Shown piece after piece: positions 51,721 to 64,000 of a DNA stretch of 64,000 nucleotides. Below the pieces are notes generated by a model. That model saw only the letters and a list, made by a program, of their open reading frames with translations. It made no database searches and had not been told where the DNA came from. Each line of letters begins with the position of its first letter. Within the stretch, counting starts at the first letter, position 1. Position numbers and translations under genes: made by a program. This DNA is from Octopus sinensis (taxonomy: Eukaryota), in the NCBI RefSeq assembly GCF_006345805.1, contig NC_043003.1:81840001-81904000 (forward strand), given 5' to 3'.

Positions 51721-51867
51721 TACATGCTTGTCTTATGCCAAAATTTGAAATCAATATTTATTTTTACGTTATCATTTAATTTAAAATACCTTTTATATTA
51801 TATCATTCTTTCGCATTTGATGCATATTTCTGCATTTCTCCCAAACACTGAAAAGCAAAATAATAAT

Positions 51868-51929
<62 letters not shown>

Positions 51930-53419
51930 TAAAATGACAATGAAGCAAAAACTGATTTTTAAAATATACTGAGGGAATTTCAATGCCAAAGAAAAAGGAA
52001 CCAACAGTACCGAGGTCTATAAGTCAATAATTATCTTTAGCCGTGTTATCAACAACCAGTTTATAGTTGTCACATCGACTCAATTTTGCGCCAAATTGTG
52101 TATATTTTTATGAAGTAGAAATAAGCGTAAATATATATATAAAAGAATACGCGTTCTGATGGACCCTATTTATACACACACATATAATAACACTGATTTT
52201 GTAAACATGCATACATTTTACATACAAATATATATATTATGCACAAGCAATTTCTAAATAGTATTCCTTTCATAGCTCATATGTGGTAGTGTATAAACGA
52301 GGGACAAGAGGGCATGGGAAATATGAAATTTCAGTTATTTCATCAATGGAGTTAACAGATTGAAACCTTGAATCAATTATAAACGGGATATACTATTGAA
52401 TATACGTGGGTGTTAAGAAATTAATTTTCAGCGGTAGAATAATTTAAATAGTTTTAGCATTGCGTGATGTATACAGTACTTAAATTATAAAATGTATTAA
52501 CGAAGAAAAAGTGTTATTTAATTGCTTGTTTATAATTTGATTCATTTTTAGAGAGTAAACACTAAAATGAAATGGAAATTTTAATGACTTAGAGGCTGGA
52601 GTTTCTTTTATTTACTTTTTGTTCGTGATTTGGACAACCATTAGCTTCAGATTAAAGGTCGAGGAAAAGACGCCAGTTCCAAGTTATTATCACGTGATCA
52701 AGAAAAGAATTCGATAACATCTTCATTGTATTTATCTGCAACGAAAAATCGTTTATTATTTTTTTTTTCTTTTATTCAATGTTCTTTGTATTTGAATATC
52801 ATAAAACTTTTCCAATTATGAATCTGCTGACGATTACTTTGATTACAGCTGATTACAGCTGACCTATTGGAACATCATTAACGAGTAATTTTAAAGTGTA
52901 AAAAACTAACTTCTGTATTATTGTAATAAATTTATAATAAAAGCTATTTTGCTTGAGTTTTATAGATGACGTTTACTTATTGAATACATTCATACGTAGT
53001 GTAACTCATTAGTAAAAGTGTACAAAATATATCGGAAATGCTTCAAATCTATGAACTAATATACTTGACTTTTCAATACACTCACTTGCATTTCTATTCA
53101 AAGCAATGATTTCAGAATGATATGATAGGGCTAAAATAGAAACAGATGGAATTCTGTTTAAACAGACATGAAATCATGAAATGTTTTAACTACTTTTGAA
53201 CAGTAAGAGGTAACAATTAACAAGGTATCAGTAGCAGCAGCTGTGGAATATCGCAGTATTACAACTATTTGTATTATGATTTTAATGGAGTGGAATTATC
53301 ATATTCTTCCACAAAAGCACTCGGACACTATTATAACAACACGAATAAATATGGTGATAAGTCATTAAAACAATCTATCTGCTTCTCTCTTTCATTTACC
53401 AGTGTGTCCGTCTCTGTCT

Positions 53420-53433
53420 TTCTCTCTCTCTCC

Positions 53434-53467
<34 letters not shown>

Positions 53468-53475
53468 GTATATAC

Positions 53476-53525
<50 letters not shown>

Positions 53526-53562
53526 GTATATGCATATATATATATATATATGTATATATATG

Positions 53563-53594
<32 letters not shown>

Positions 53595-53845
53595 ATATAT
53601 AATATGTATATATACATGTGCTTGTATACATATACATACACACATACATATACAAAGCCCACACATTAAAACATTGTGTAAGTACTGTGGATGACGTCAG
53701 GTAGACATAGACAGTCAATGTACTTCATCGGCTACTAGTAACACCCAATATTAGAGAACTGCTTATTCATACATACAAACACACACACACATATACATAT
53801 ATATACATATATATATACATATATATATATATATATGCATATACC

Positions 53846-53880
<35 letters not shown>

Positions 53881-53980
53881 TATATATTATATATATATAT
53901 ATACATATATATTTTTACTATACAAACACATATGCACCAACATACACACACACACACACATATATATACATATATAATTT
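53420..53980. repeat. two large (TA)n/(CA)n/(CT)n compound microsatellites
   Basis: Read directly from the sequence. Confidence 0.95.
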
Positions 53981-54540
53981 AAAACTCTTCATTTAAGGAT
54001 TTAAGGAATTTTTGCCCATGTGTTGAATTGTAATGAAAAATTTAAGATGGAAAATGCACAGAATGTACATATTCTTTCATCAAGTAAAATTATAACATAG
54101 TCAACCGGTTCCGCTTTTGCTAAGTATGCCAACGAAATTAGTGAAAGTATTATAAAGTCATGTTATCGTAAGAGATTTTTCATCCTTATTAGTAGCAGGA
54201 AAGTTCTTTTGTAAATGATTCAGCAGGTAAACAAATATAAAGGAAGGTTATTAGTGATTGCAATTATTAAAAGCAGGTGCGGTAGTTACAATTTTGGGGG
54301 CTGGGTGGGGCGGTAAATTGACTGTATTTACATTGAGAAGTCATAAATTCCTCGTGCATTTGTCTCTCTGTGGCTTTTTAGAGAGGCAATTGCATAACAA
54401 TGAATATATAATGTTTATATACATTTTTTTTATATTTACATATCACTGAAATTTCATTCCTTTCAGCCTTTTGCAGTGTCGATATCGTAATAACGACTGC
54501 AAATTTTAACGAAAGTTTATTAAAATTTTTGGTTGAATAA

Positions 54541-55407
54541 GATTTAGGAAGTTTCCATAGCAAACGTCCAAGTCTATTTGGAGGGCATTGAATTGAATAT
54601 GACAAATATTTATTCGAAATAGGAAAGACAATATTAAATCTATGCAGCAGTTATGTAATACAAAGACGAATTTGTTCCAAAGAACAGTTTTTTACCTACA
54701 AGCCTAGTTTCCTGTATATGTTGAGACACGTGGAAAATTTACCTCAAGCCATCGAAACTATATCTTTATGACATGTTGCTAACACAATTAAATCTCCCAC
54801 AATTAATTCTGATAGCAGATTTGTGGAACTATCTGTGAAACTGAGTCATTTCGAGGATGGTCCACGAATGAGCAGGGTAACGGTAAAGGTTTTAGTTATA
54901 CCAAAATGTATGAGAGCAACCATTAATGGATTCCAGGCTCTACATACTTTTGAAATGCTTATTTATACTTGAAACAAGTATTATAGAGGGTGAGAAATCG
55001 GGTTTATCATGATCCAGAATTATCCTTCAGAAACAACAATTTTAATGCCGCAGAAACTCCAGAAAAAATCTCTCGTTTCAGTCTTCAAAAGTCATGTTCT
55101 AACTACTTCGGTAGAAGCTAATCATCGATTTCCTACATGAAAAGAAGAGTTAAATGCATCTTTTAACATAGCTATTTCCAAGCTACGAGCTTGATTTACG
55201 GCTGAACGCGTTTGTTTTACAGCTGACACCATGGCTACGATATTATTTTCCAGCAACCCTGGTTCATCTACAGAAATGAATCTGGTATATGAAATACATC
55301 CGCAGGATATTTCTATCAGTAGTAGCGCTTTTGATGTTAGCCATAAGGTGGATTTCTGAAGAGATCTTACGTATTCCACAGCAGATTCTATGGTAAATTG
55401 TAATTAG
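54541..55407 (+). CDS. cryptic 288-codon frame, open only if TGA is read as sense; product unknown
   Basis: No TAA, TAG or TGG in frame. TGA at 54589, 54769, 54970, 54991, 55138, 55192 and 55357. Ends TAG 55405-55407; first ATG 54718. No recognised domain. Confidence 0.4.
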
Positions 55408-55699
55408 GTGCCTAAAAACTAGAGACTTTCATCCCTAAAACGTCTATTACAAAGGCCAGTCATGGAAAGTATGTGAAGCTACAGCAGCTATGAGTACCGA
55501 GTTGTAAATTTTTAAGGCACAGTCGATGTCCTGTACTGCTGACTACAAATAAGGATGAATTAAATGCAATATTAAGATGAAAATCAGCCTACGAGCGAAC
55601 TAATATAAAGATAGGCTTTTATTCACCAAACATTTTTCTGAAAAACGATCAATTGCGAAATGTTAAGATACGACTGTTTTTATTATACCATGAGCGTAG

Positions 55700-58381
55700 T
55701 AGTGCACAGGGCCTCTCGGCTCAGCTTCCTCAGTCCTGGAGAGGAATTAAGGAATTTGTATGTCCTGAGAGTTTCGAGGAGAAAACGCTGCTGAATTTGC
55801 CGCAAGATACAGATCCGAGATTTATTCAGTCGGAAAGGTTTTGAACATTATACTGAACAACATTCTGAAGGGCTACGCCACCAGCAAGATAAGACCATAG
55901 CGAAAGTGGTATACCCGGTATACCAAGATACCGTTTGTGTGAATTAAAGCAAAACCAACAAACAGATCAGCCCTAGCGGGAGGTAGCATTATTGAGGAGA
56001 GAGCCAAGTGGTTTTAAACTAACATATGGAGTTACGAAGAAACATGATCTAGCTTTGCAAAGCAGAGTCACTACGGATAAAAAGCAGAGAGAGAAGGGGA
56101 GGTGTTGGAAGGTCTTTTCTAAAAATCCCTTCCAGTTCCCCGGTGACCTTCTCGGAAAGCCGAAAATTAATATGCTCAAAAGGGTAGATAGCAGAATAGT
56201 TGTAGAGTATGTCGACCCCAGAGGGAGCATTCCATGAGGTGACTCACTTTCCTTAACCATTGCTGAAATCCTACACCTCCTTCGATATGGTAAGCTTCGC
56301 TTTCACATAAAGATATGCTTTCATTCAATAACGATTCTGAGGTGAGTGCAGTGGAGGTGAAATCCTTGGGAATGTCTGCTCCATAACCATTTATCAACAT
56401 GTATAGCATTTACAAAAATGTCCCACTAATATTAAGGAACGTAGCAAAACGTTTACGTTTGATCAGGAAAAGCGAAAAGGCACCGGACACTCGCTGAGAA
56501 GTGTTTTGTCCCCAGTAAACAAGTAAACTCATCAGGACATGATCAGTTTCGTGAGATCTCTCAACGTAAAGATGAAGATTTTTTTAGGCCATCATTGCCA
56601 AAAACTAACGTTACATGTCTTGACCAACGAGAAAAGCAACAGAAAGTATCCAGAAAGAAGAAATTCCAAGCTGCTTTGGATGTTTCAGCAGCGATCCGCC
56701 ATATCATTATGGACGCAAGAAAGAATAACAACTTACTCCCCATTGTTTGGTTAGATCTTGCCAAGGAGTACCCAAGCGTGCCTCACCAGAGAATCCAAAG
56801 TACATTGGAATTCTATCAATTAACTACATGTGTAGTCAGACTTATTAGCCCCGTCACAGATTGACTGAGGTTCAATGTAGGAAATTTCACTAATATGAGT
56901 CATCAATTGGAAATAAGCGTACGGCTGAGTGCATAATTTCTGTTCTGTGGTGCTGTTTGTGTCGGCCATGGTCTCACTGCTAGAGGTAGGAAGGTGACAG
57001 TTGAGTTGTCTCGAAACTGACAGAAACACAAGAAATCCAGTTTGCAAGGAGTAACGATTATGACATCATCAATCGAAGGAATACAACAGATATTGAGTTC
57101 GCTGGAAAAGACGTCAACCCAGCGAAATCTTCGAGCTTCAATATACTTAAAAGAAAGCCTGCTGTTAGGGGAAAGTTACTATCATACCACTAAAGATATA
57201 AACGATACTGAATACACAAAACATTTCAAGGCAACAGGTTAAGGATAGTTGATAAAAGCCAGCTCCTTATATTGTTCGAAGTATGATGCTTTCAGTATAG
57301 TAGTGGCCATCATTGCTTTACAACGTTTTGCTTTACCACTTAGATAGAAAGAAAGGAAATGCGGTGCAGTATGTTCATGTGAATGTCAGCTCAGTCAATC
57401 TGTAAAGCAAGACCTCTGAGCTCCGTGAACCAATTTCCACAAAGCCACAAAGGCAACAGCAATCATTTCCAGATTGCTTCTGCTTGAGGATGTGGAAGTC
57501 AGATACACCCAGACCATATAGTTTGGCAGAAAATGGAAACCCCATGAGGCTGTGAAGGAAGGAGAGACATGCTGAAATCACCAGAATGCTGATGTAGTCT
57601 GGCAAGGACGACTAGGACTTGGTAATTACAACACCAAGAAGAGGGCAATACGAATAACAAGATTAAGTGAGAGCTTGTAGTGCAAAAGATCTGTGATGCA
57701 GCCGAGGAGGATCACTGAGTGGAGGCAGTAGCGCTTTCCCACCATACTCAATAGATGTAGTGGGATCAGACAACTGATTACTCCCTGTATTGGAAGAAAC
57801 TCTAGAGCACTGAAGAGGGAAGATTGTTCTCTTCTTCGTGCTATTACATAACTCTTGCCCACACCAAACAACCTTAAAACATCGGGTGAAACAAAAGACC
57901 CGTCCTAAAAGCAGTGCGGAGTAATACGTCGCACACTGAACCCCGTTTTGAACGAATGCCCTAGGGCACTAATAGAAGGCCGATAGGAGAGTAACCATAT
58001 CAAGTTTCTTTCAGAAATTGCCCAGTCGGCTTATAGGATGAAGTCTAATAAACATTAGCTAACATCATGAAATGTTATTGAATTCTTAAAGGAGGACGAC
58101 AAGGCTCACAAGGCGAAATCAATTGTAGGGTCCTGTTTTCTGTTTTGCGTTCAACTTCAGACTAGGGGAGGCAAGTGCACCTGACGGTCAAACTAGTCTC
58201 CTCAGCGGAGATAGTGGTAACACCATTGCGACTAGACATTCCTGTACTCTAGGAATGCAAAAAAACAAACATCTTTGTCTATCGAACTCACAGGGCCCTG
58301 GGAGGTCAAACTCGATATTTCCCACCAGGTAAATAAATCAAAATATCAGGACTACTGCTGCTGTTGCTGCTGCTGCTGCTG

Positions 58382-58432
<51 letters not shown>

Positions 58433-58800
58433 TTAAGCACACACACAAGCATACATTCACACATACAAACATTTACATGTGGCTTCATTATACAAACATT
58501 TGCGTGGCTTCATTATCAAAGGATGGGATGTGACCTCACTCCCTATTGAAGTCGACTGCTGCTGCTCTCTATCTAGATCAGTGTGCTATTTCATGCGGAA
58601 GATTGGTCCGGAACCCAGATACCGAAGACAGCCATTAATGAAATAGGAGACTGGATCAATATGGCTATGATTGACAGGATTTCACAAGCAGAACCATTAA
58701 GTAGGTAAAGACTGCTAGCTCAATCCTCGCTGCATTACCCAGGCAAAGCGTACAGGTTAACGGGAGAAACTCTTGTAACCTGCTGACGATACGGAAGTGT
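55700..58800 (+). mobile_element. HERO-like (R2 superfamily, RLE) non-LTR retrotransposon, decayed
   Basis: KVFSKNPFQF...LLGKP; RT IVWLDLAKEYPSVPHQRI; LLPTPNNLKTSG...CPRALIEGR; IELTGPWE...SKYQ; KGWDVTSLPIEVDC; GSIWL. Many stops and frameshifts. Boundaries approximate. Confidence 0.82.
58333..58432. repeat. (CTG)n(CTA)n microsatellite inside the HERO endonuclease domain
   Basis: Read directly from the sequence. Confidence 0.95.
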
Positions 58801-59759
58801 TTCCTGCATTGCAATAGATTTAGAAGATCTTTCAAAACCTGTCAGTAGCTCCTGCAATTTCTGCTTGGAGAAAAGCATCTCTAATGTTTATTCCACCAAT
58901 TAAACACATTCTTTTGAGAGAACACTCAGTTGCAAACTTTTAAGACAACACAACCATTATTATTGTTATTCTAATAGCAAGAAATTGTCAGTTTCTATTT
59001 CACATTATTGTTACAAACTTTCATTGTCTATGATATATATTGCTGTGATAATCGGAGATCCTAATTTTTTTTTCACCTAAATCAAGCTGAATCTCAAGTT
59101 CATTTTTTGTTGACAATCCTTAGAGCGATTTTCACATTTTAAAGTTTCCGACACTGGTGAATATTTGCGTAGTCACATATAGTTTGCTAAAATCCATAGT
59201 ATACTGCTACATTTAGATGGCAAACTATCCAGTGGATTATTATTTTTTTTTTTTTTTTGATCATGAGTTCAATCCTAGTCTGAGCACAATGTACATAAAT
59301 ATGGTACGGAATGACCTAATAATTCAACAGAGATTAAACTGCCTGAATAATATTTTGCTGATTAGAAATAAATTTAAAACTTGAGAATGTTCTTTCAAGT
59401 TTTATCTTTGTTCGGTTCATAAATTACACAATTACACGTAATTAATAGATTATCGAAAGTTATAGATTATGAATAAATATTTTAGTTGTTTCAATAAAGA
59501 TCAGTTATAGAGGTTTTCTATAATAGATATTCTGTCACCCGTTTTAACTTTGTTTCTAAACGGTCTTGCTGGGTTCCTTGTTCCCGAAAAAATATATACA
59601 CAATAAGAAGTACGGGAGTAGATACCCTCCCCACACAACTTTGGGATCAGATATTTTTTAAAACGAGACGTTCTTATAGATGAGAAGGTATTAATTAAAA
59701 ATTAGTGTGATTATTCTAATTCAACTTATAGATACTGATGTTCAAAATTTGGCACACTT

Positions 59760-59940
59760 CAACTCATAGATATTGAGTCTCAAAGTTTGGCACAATTTCG
59801 GCGGGAGTGTTAAGTCCATTGCATCAACCTCAGCACTCATCTTGTAGTTATTTCATCGACCGTGAAAGGATGAAAGGCAAAATCGATATCGGCAGAATTT
59901 GAACGCTGAACGTAAAAATGGACGAAATTCCGCTGTGCTC
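59760..59940 (-). mobile_element. SINE family A, diverged
   Basis: GAAAGGATGAAAGGCAAAATCGATATCGGCAGAATTTGAAC...GGACGAAAT. Confidence 0.78.
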
Positions 59941-62856
59941 GACTTATTCAGTTCATAAATATTAACGTTTTGTCACCAATGTTTCCGCTAACATTAGCAA
60001 TACGTTTTCGCAATGGCACAAGTGAATATATTTCGGTTTTATATCTTGAGTGAGAGAAATGTATAATTATAACTATTAGTTAAATATTCGCAGATGATTT
60101 AATATTATTTAAGAATTAATTATGTTTCAATCCCTGAAGGTGTACATTTGGGAATTACAGTAACCTTAGTGAATTTATACTCAGCACACCAATGGAATAC
60201 ATGCTGCAATAGAAGAACGGTTGAAGAAAAAATGTATATCTCACATTCAGTTTTGTTTTAACCCAGAACCTACCTGGTATTCACGCGAAGTTTTTAATAT
60301 CTATTACCTTTCTTATTATCAATGTAATTACACATCTTAAAATACATGGACTCGAGACTGAAATTTATACAACGTTGATGTTTAATTTTTAAATATATTG
60401 AAAATTTAACAAGCCAGGGTACATACATATTGGAAAATTTTGTTTATATGGCATTTATATAACAGCCTTGATGAATCTATGTCAATAGGTCGTTTTGCCG
60501 TTGTGAAAGTTACGACAATGCAGCTGGAATTATGCCCAATCATGTACACGAATTACGAACTTAAGAATTCATATAACACAAGAATGAGTTGAGGAATAAT
60601 TTAATATATATCTGAAGAAAATATTCTTAGTATTTAATAATAGTCTTTGAACATGAAGGGATGCTCTTCGATAATTTCAAATTATCACGTCTGGCTTTGG
60701 AAAGTCAGTTGCCGATGTGTACGTAAAATAATGTAGTGTGAAAAGTCACTATCGTATTTACACCCGTTTTAAAAAGTACACTGCGAGAAGAATGACAGAG
60801 AGATCTATTCAAATATAATTGCACTTGATGTTTACCAGATTAGAGTATTTTGTGCTCCCTTTGAGCTGCAAAGTAAATAGATGATCAGCCATTTACGTAT
60901 ATTTCACAGGAGTGAATAGACTGGATTATTAGACGGGTTAGCAACGTGAATAATATGCGTTACCCAATATTCCCTTAATATACATTTAAAAGCTGTTCTA
61001 TAGCTTTTGTGTGCATTAGTTTGCATAAACCTGTATATAATATATAAGGAAAATGACAGCTATATATGTATGTGACATTCGTTATAGTCTTTAATGCAAT
61101 TTATGGAAGTTTTGTATGTGACGTGAAGAACAATTTCAGAGATTAAACAATGTAGCATGTATATATATATTTAGGAAGTCAACGAATATATTTTCTTGAA
61201 TTCTTTTGTTCTGTCGAGAACTTGACTTCGTCAGTAACACTTATAGTATGGGTTCAGTCCTTTTCATATAAGTGTTGTTCGATAATCGAAATGCTAATTT
61301 AAAAATATTGTAAATATGGGATCACGTTGTTTATTCTCTTTGGAAAGTTGATTTCCATTTGCACTCGTCAAAAGCACAGCAGTAACATTTACACTACGCT
61401 TTGTAGACGTTAATTGACACATTGAGGTGCATATAGATATAGTAGTATTTTTGTTATTCATTATCTTTTTGATTTTCTAGTTCTTTTTCGCTGCAAATAT
61501 TAGTTTCTTAGCACAAATGTACATATCAATCAAACTTCTTTACACGATGTTTGTGTTTAGATATTTGGTATGATATGAGCAGACCAATTTGAAATATTAA
61601 ACGATATTAATAACCTTTCGTGCCTACACTCTTCTACAGAAAGGTACACAGAAAAAAAGGAGAGAAACAAGGAGAGAAAAAATGTATTTAGTGGCTACCG
61701 ATCTATCATAGCGACTGCCGGGCAGCGCTTATATATATATATATATTTATATATGCGCTTATCCATAGAATATGTAACTGAATGTAAAATTCAAAAATAT
61801 ATTGTGTCCAATAAATCTGTGTCTGTAGGATTTTAGACTTGGCACTAAATTAGTAGACCAACCATTCCAATTTGTGATGGCTGTTACCGAATATTTTTAA
61901 ATGTTCGTTACCACCGTTTTTATTGACACTATATACAGATGATTCTAAAATATTTTTGAATTGATTAATATCATTCTATGCTGGTAGGAACAGCAGAAAT
62001 TGTAGGAAAATATCTGTACGAAGAAAATTTCAAGGTCATGACCAGATCAATGACATTATATAAAATAAATCATACTATAACAACTTAAACAGTTCTCTTT
62101 AGCCAGCAGGAAGCAAGTGGGATGCAAATAAATATTTAAGCCAGATCGTTGCAAAAATATGATACACTCATGGGGAATTAAATTAAAACCCATTTTGAAA
62201 ATCCGATTAGAGACCTTTAGCTTCTCTAACACCAGTAACAGATTTTACATAAACAGAAAGTAACACATATTACTGAAAATCCGTTTTCCCAATAAGAGGT
62301 CAAGAATTGCAATGCAGGAATGGCAAATAGCATGATTTGGCAAAACAAAGGTCCATTGATTTCGTTTCAACACGCTGTCAGTACGCAGAATAGTGTTTTA
62401 ATTCCAATCAATTTGAAAATTGGAGAACCGTTTCCATCGAATGTGCGGAAGATTACGAATGTCGTTATAACTTCATATATAATGCTATGCATATGGATGT
62501 GCTAATGAGATTTCTATTGATTTTCTTAAATTGTCTTCTCTTAGCCCAAGTTTTGTTTAGGGAACGACAACATGGTATTATGTGCGTTCATGTATCTGTG
62601 CGTCTGTGTATGTTGTTATAACAAAGTCAACTAAATAAGGAAATCTTGAAGTCATTTAATACGTTCGTTTCGGGTTTGCATAATAGGTAATACGAAAAGT
62701 ATATATTACGTAAAACTTTTTGACTTTTAACATTTCAAAATATGGTTTGACTACTTAACTTATACGTCTCAATGCCAGTAGAAACTAGCCGTTATATACT
62801 CACCTTATGCGGATATTCTGACAATGATTCTGAGTCACTTATTACAGTGACACCAT

Positions 62857-62899
62857 GTGTGTGTATGTGTATATATGTATATGTATATGTGTAAATATG

Positions 62900-62953
<54 letters not shown>

Positions 62954-63003
62954 TGTGTGTGTTGTGCGCGCGCGCGTGTGTGTGTGTGAGTGTGTGTGTG
63001 TAT
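62857..63003. repeat. (TG)n/(TA)n microsatellite
   Basis: Read directly from the sequence. Confidence 0.95.
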
Positions 63004-63419
63004 AAACACTATTTTGGAACTATCCACTTTTCTGATTTTAAACATATGCAACGATTGTGAGTGTACTCCCGTATTAAAGTGTTGTTTTTCACCATCTCTT
63101 CTTCTGGATCCAACAAATTCATAGTCAAAGCCGTTTACGCTTGAATTATCTTGTCTTGTGACAGGAATGCATGAATACATAGACTAATGCTTACCAATAT
63201 ATGCATTATATTTCTCTTTGGCTATACACTCTCCTATCTTCAGGAAGCGTTGATTGGAGAAAGCTGCTATTCTAATCACAAATAATTCAATGAATAGATA
63301 TAAGACACGTAGGAAACCTTTGTTAAATTTATTTGCAATAACTCCGCCAATTTCTTTTCATTTACGCAAAAGTAGTAATCATAAATTATTGACACCAATA
63401 ATTCTAGTTAGTAATATGT

Positions 63420-63427
63420 ACATATAA

Positions 63428-63495
<68 letters not shown>

Positions 63496-63650
63496 ATATA
63501 TATACATATATATGCATATATATATGCATATATATATACACACATATATATAATACATTTATATATTTATACGTATATATATATACAGTTACACACATAC
63601 ACACACATAAATATATATATATATATTTATATATATTACTATATTTATCG
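63420..63650. repeat. (CA)n/(TA)n microsatellite
   Basis: Read directly from the sequence. Confidence 0.95.
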
Positions 63651-63737
63651 TGCATTACATCGACACAGCCAGTGCGACCCCGAAAACCTGGTATCGCCAA
63701 TTGGCATGATTAGTCTATAGCCGGTATGATAGAATAT

Positions 63738-63882
63738 GTCGACTTTGCCTTTCTTCCTTTCGGGGTCGATTAAATAAGTACCAGTTACGCACTGGTGTCG
63801 ATATAATCGACTTAATCCATTTGTCTGTCCTTGTTTGTCCTCTCTGTGTTTATCCCCTTGTGGGTAGTAAAGAAATAGGTAT
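63738..63882 (+). mobile_element. SINE family A, 5'-truncated
   Basis: GTCGACTTTGCCTTTC to GTAGTAAAGAAATAGGTAT. Confidence 0.9.
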
Positions 63883-64000
63883 ATTAGAATAGGAGTTTTT
63901 ATATGAATATCCAAAAACGTTTGCCGTAAACGAACATAAATTATATTCATATACACATATACATATATACAATTATAGCTGTGTTTGTAAGTGTGTGTAT

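Noticed and set aside
55408-55640. Possible SECIS downstream of the TGA frame
   Set aside because: ATGA...AAA...GA spacings exist (55484-55525) but helix II does not pair; the hairpin near 55580-55625 lacks the 3' GA quartet.
1513-63956. Dozens of 60-170 aa ORFs rich in YI/CV/HT/LS/N/I/L runs
   Set aside because: They are translations of (TA)n, (CA)n, (GA)n and trinucleotide microsatellites or SINE bodies, with no coding signal.
1-64000. CRISPR-like or other regularly spaced repeat array
   Set aside because: Recurrent motifs are dispersed SINE copies or microsatellites; there is no constant repeat with unique spacers.

Overview
AT-rich, microsatellite-dense animal DNA. I infer a coleoid cephalopod, probably Octopus, because the tRNA-derived SINE families match ones I recall from Octopus; this was not database-checked. 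I recognise no intact host gene. Most entries in the ORF track are by-products of (TA)n/(CA)n/(AAT)n repeats or of decayed transposons. The window holds two R4/Dong-clade LINE pieces in a (TAA)n microsatellite, a HERO-like LINE, another RLE-LINE 3' fragment, three Tc1/mariner relics (mariner DD34D-type, DD37D-type, Tc1 DD34E) and about 20 SINE copies from four families. Two signals go beyond that list. (1) Four loci carry type I hammerhead-ribozyme folds in unrelated sequence contexts (7797-7847 +, 13062-13169 +, 19413-19510 on both strands, 19800-19873 -), with several degenerate relatives. They lie in direct or inverted repeats next to (TA)n tracts, like Penelope pseudo-LTR or retrozyme elements. 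(2) A 288-codon plus-strand frame at 54541-55407 has no TAA, TAG or TGG but seven TGA codons in Trp-like contexts. The standard-code ORF track misses it; it may be UGA-recoded, foreign or pseudogenic. All folds, counts and translations were done by hand and need computational and experimental confirmation.
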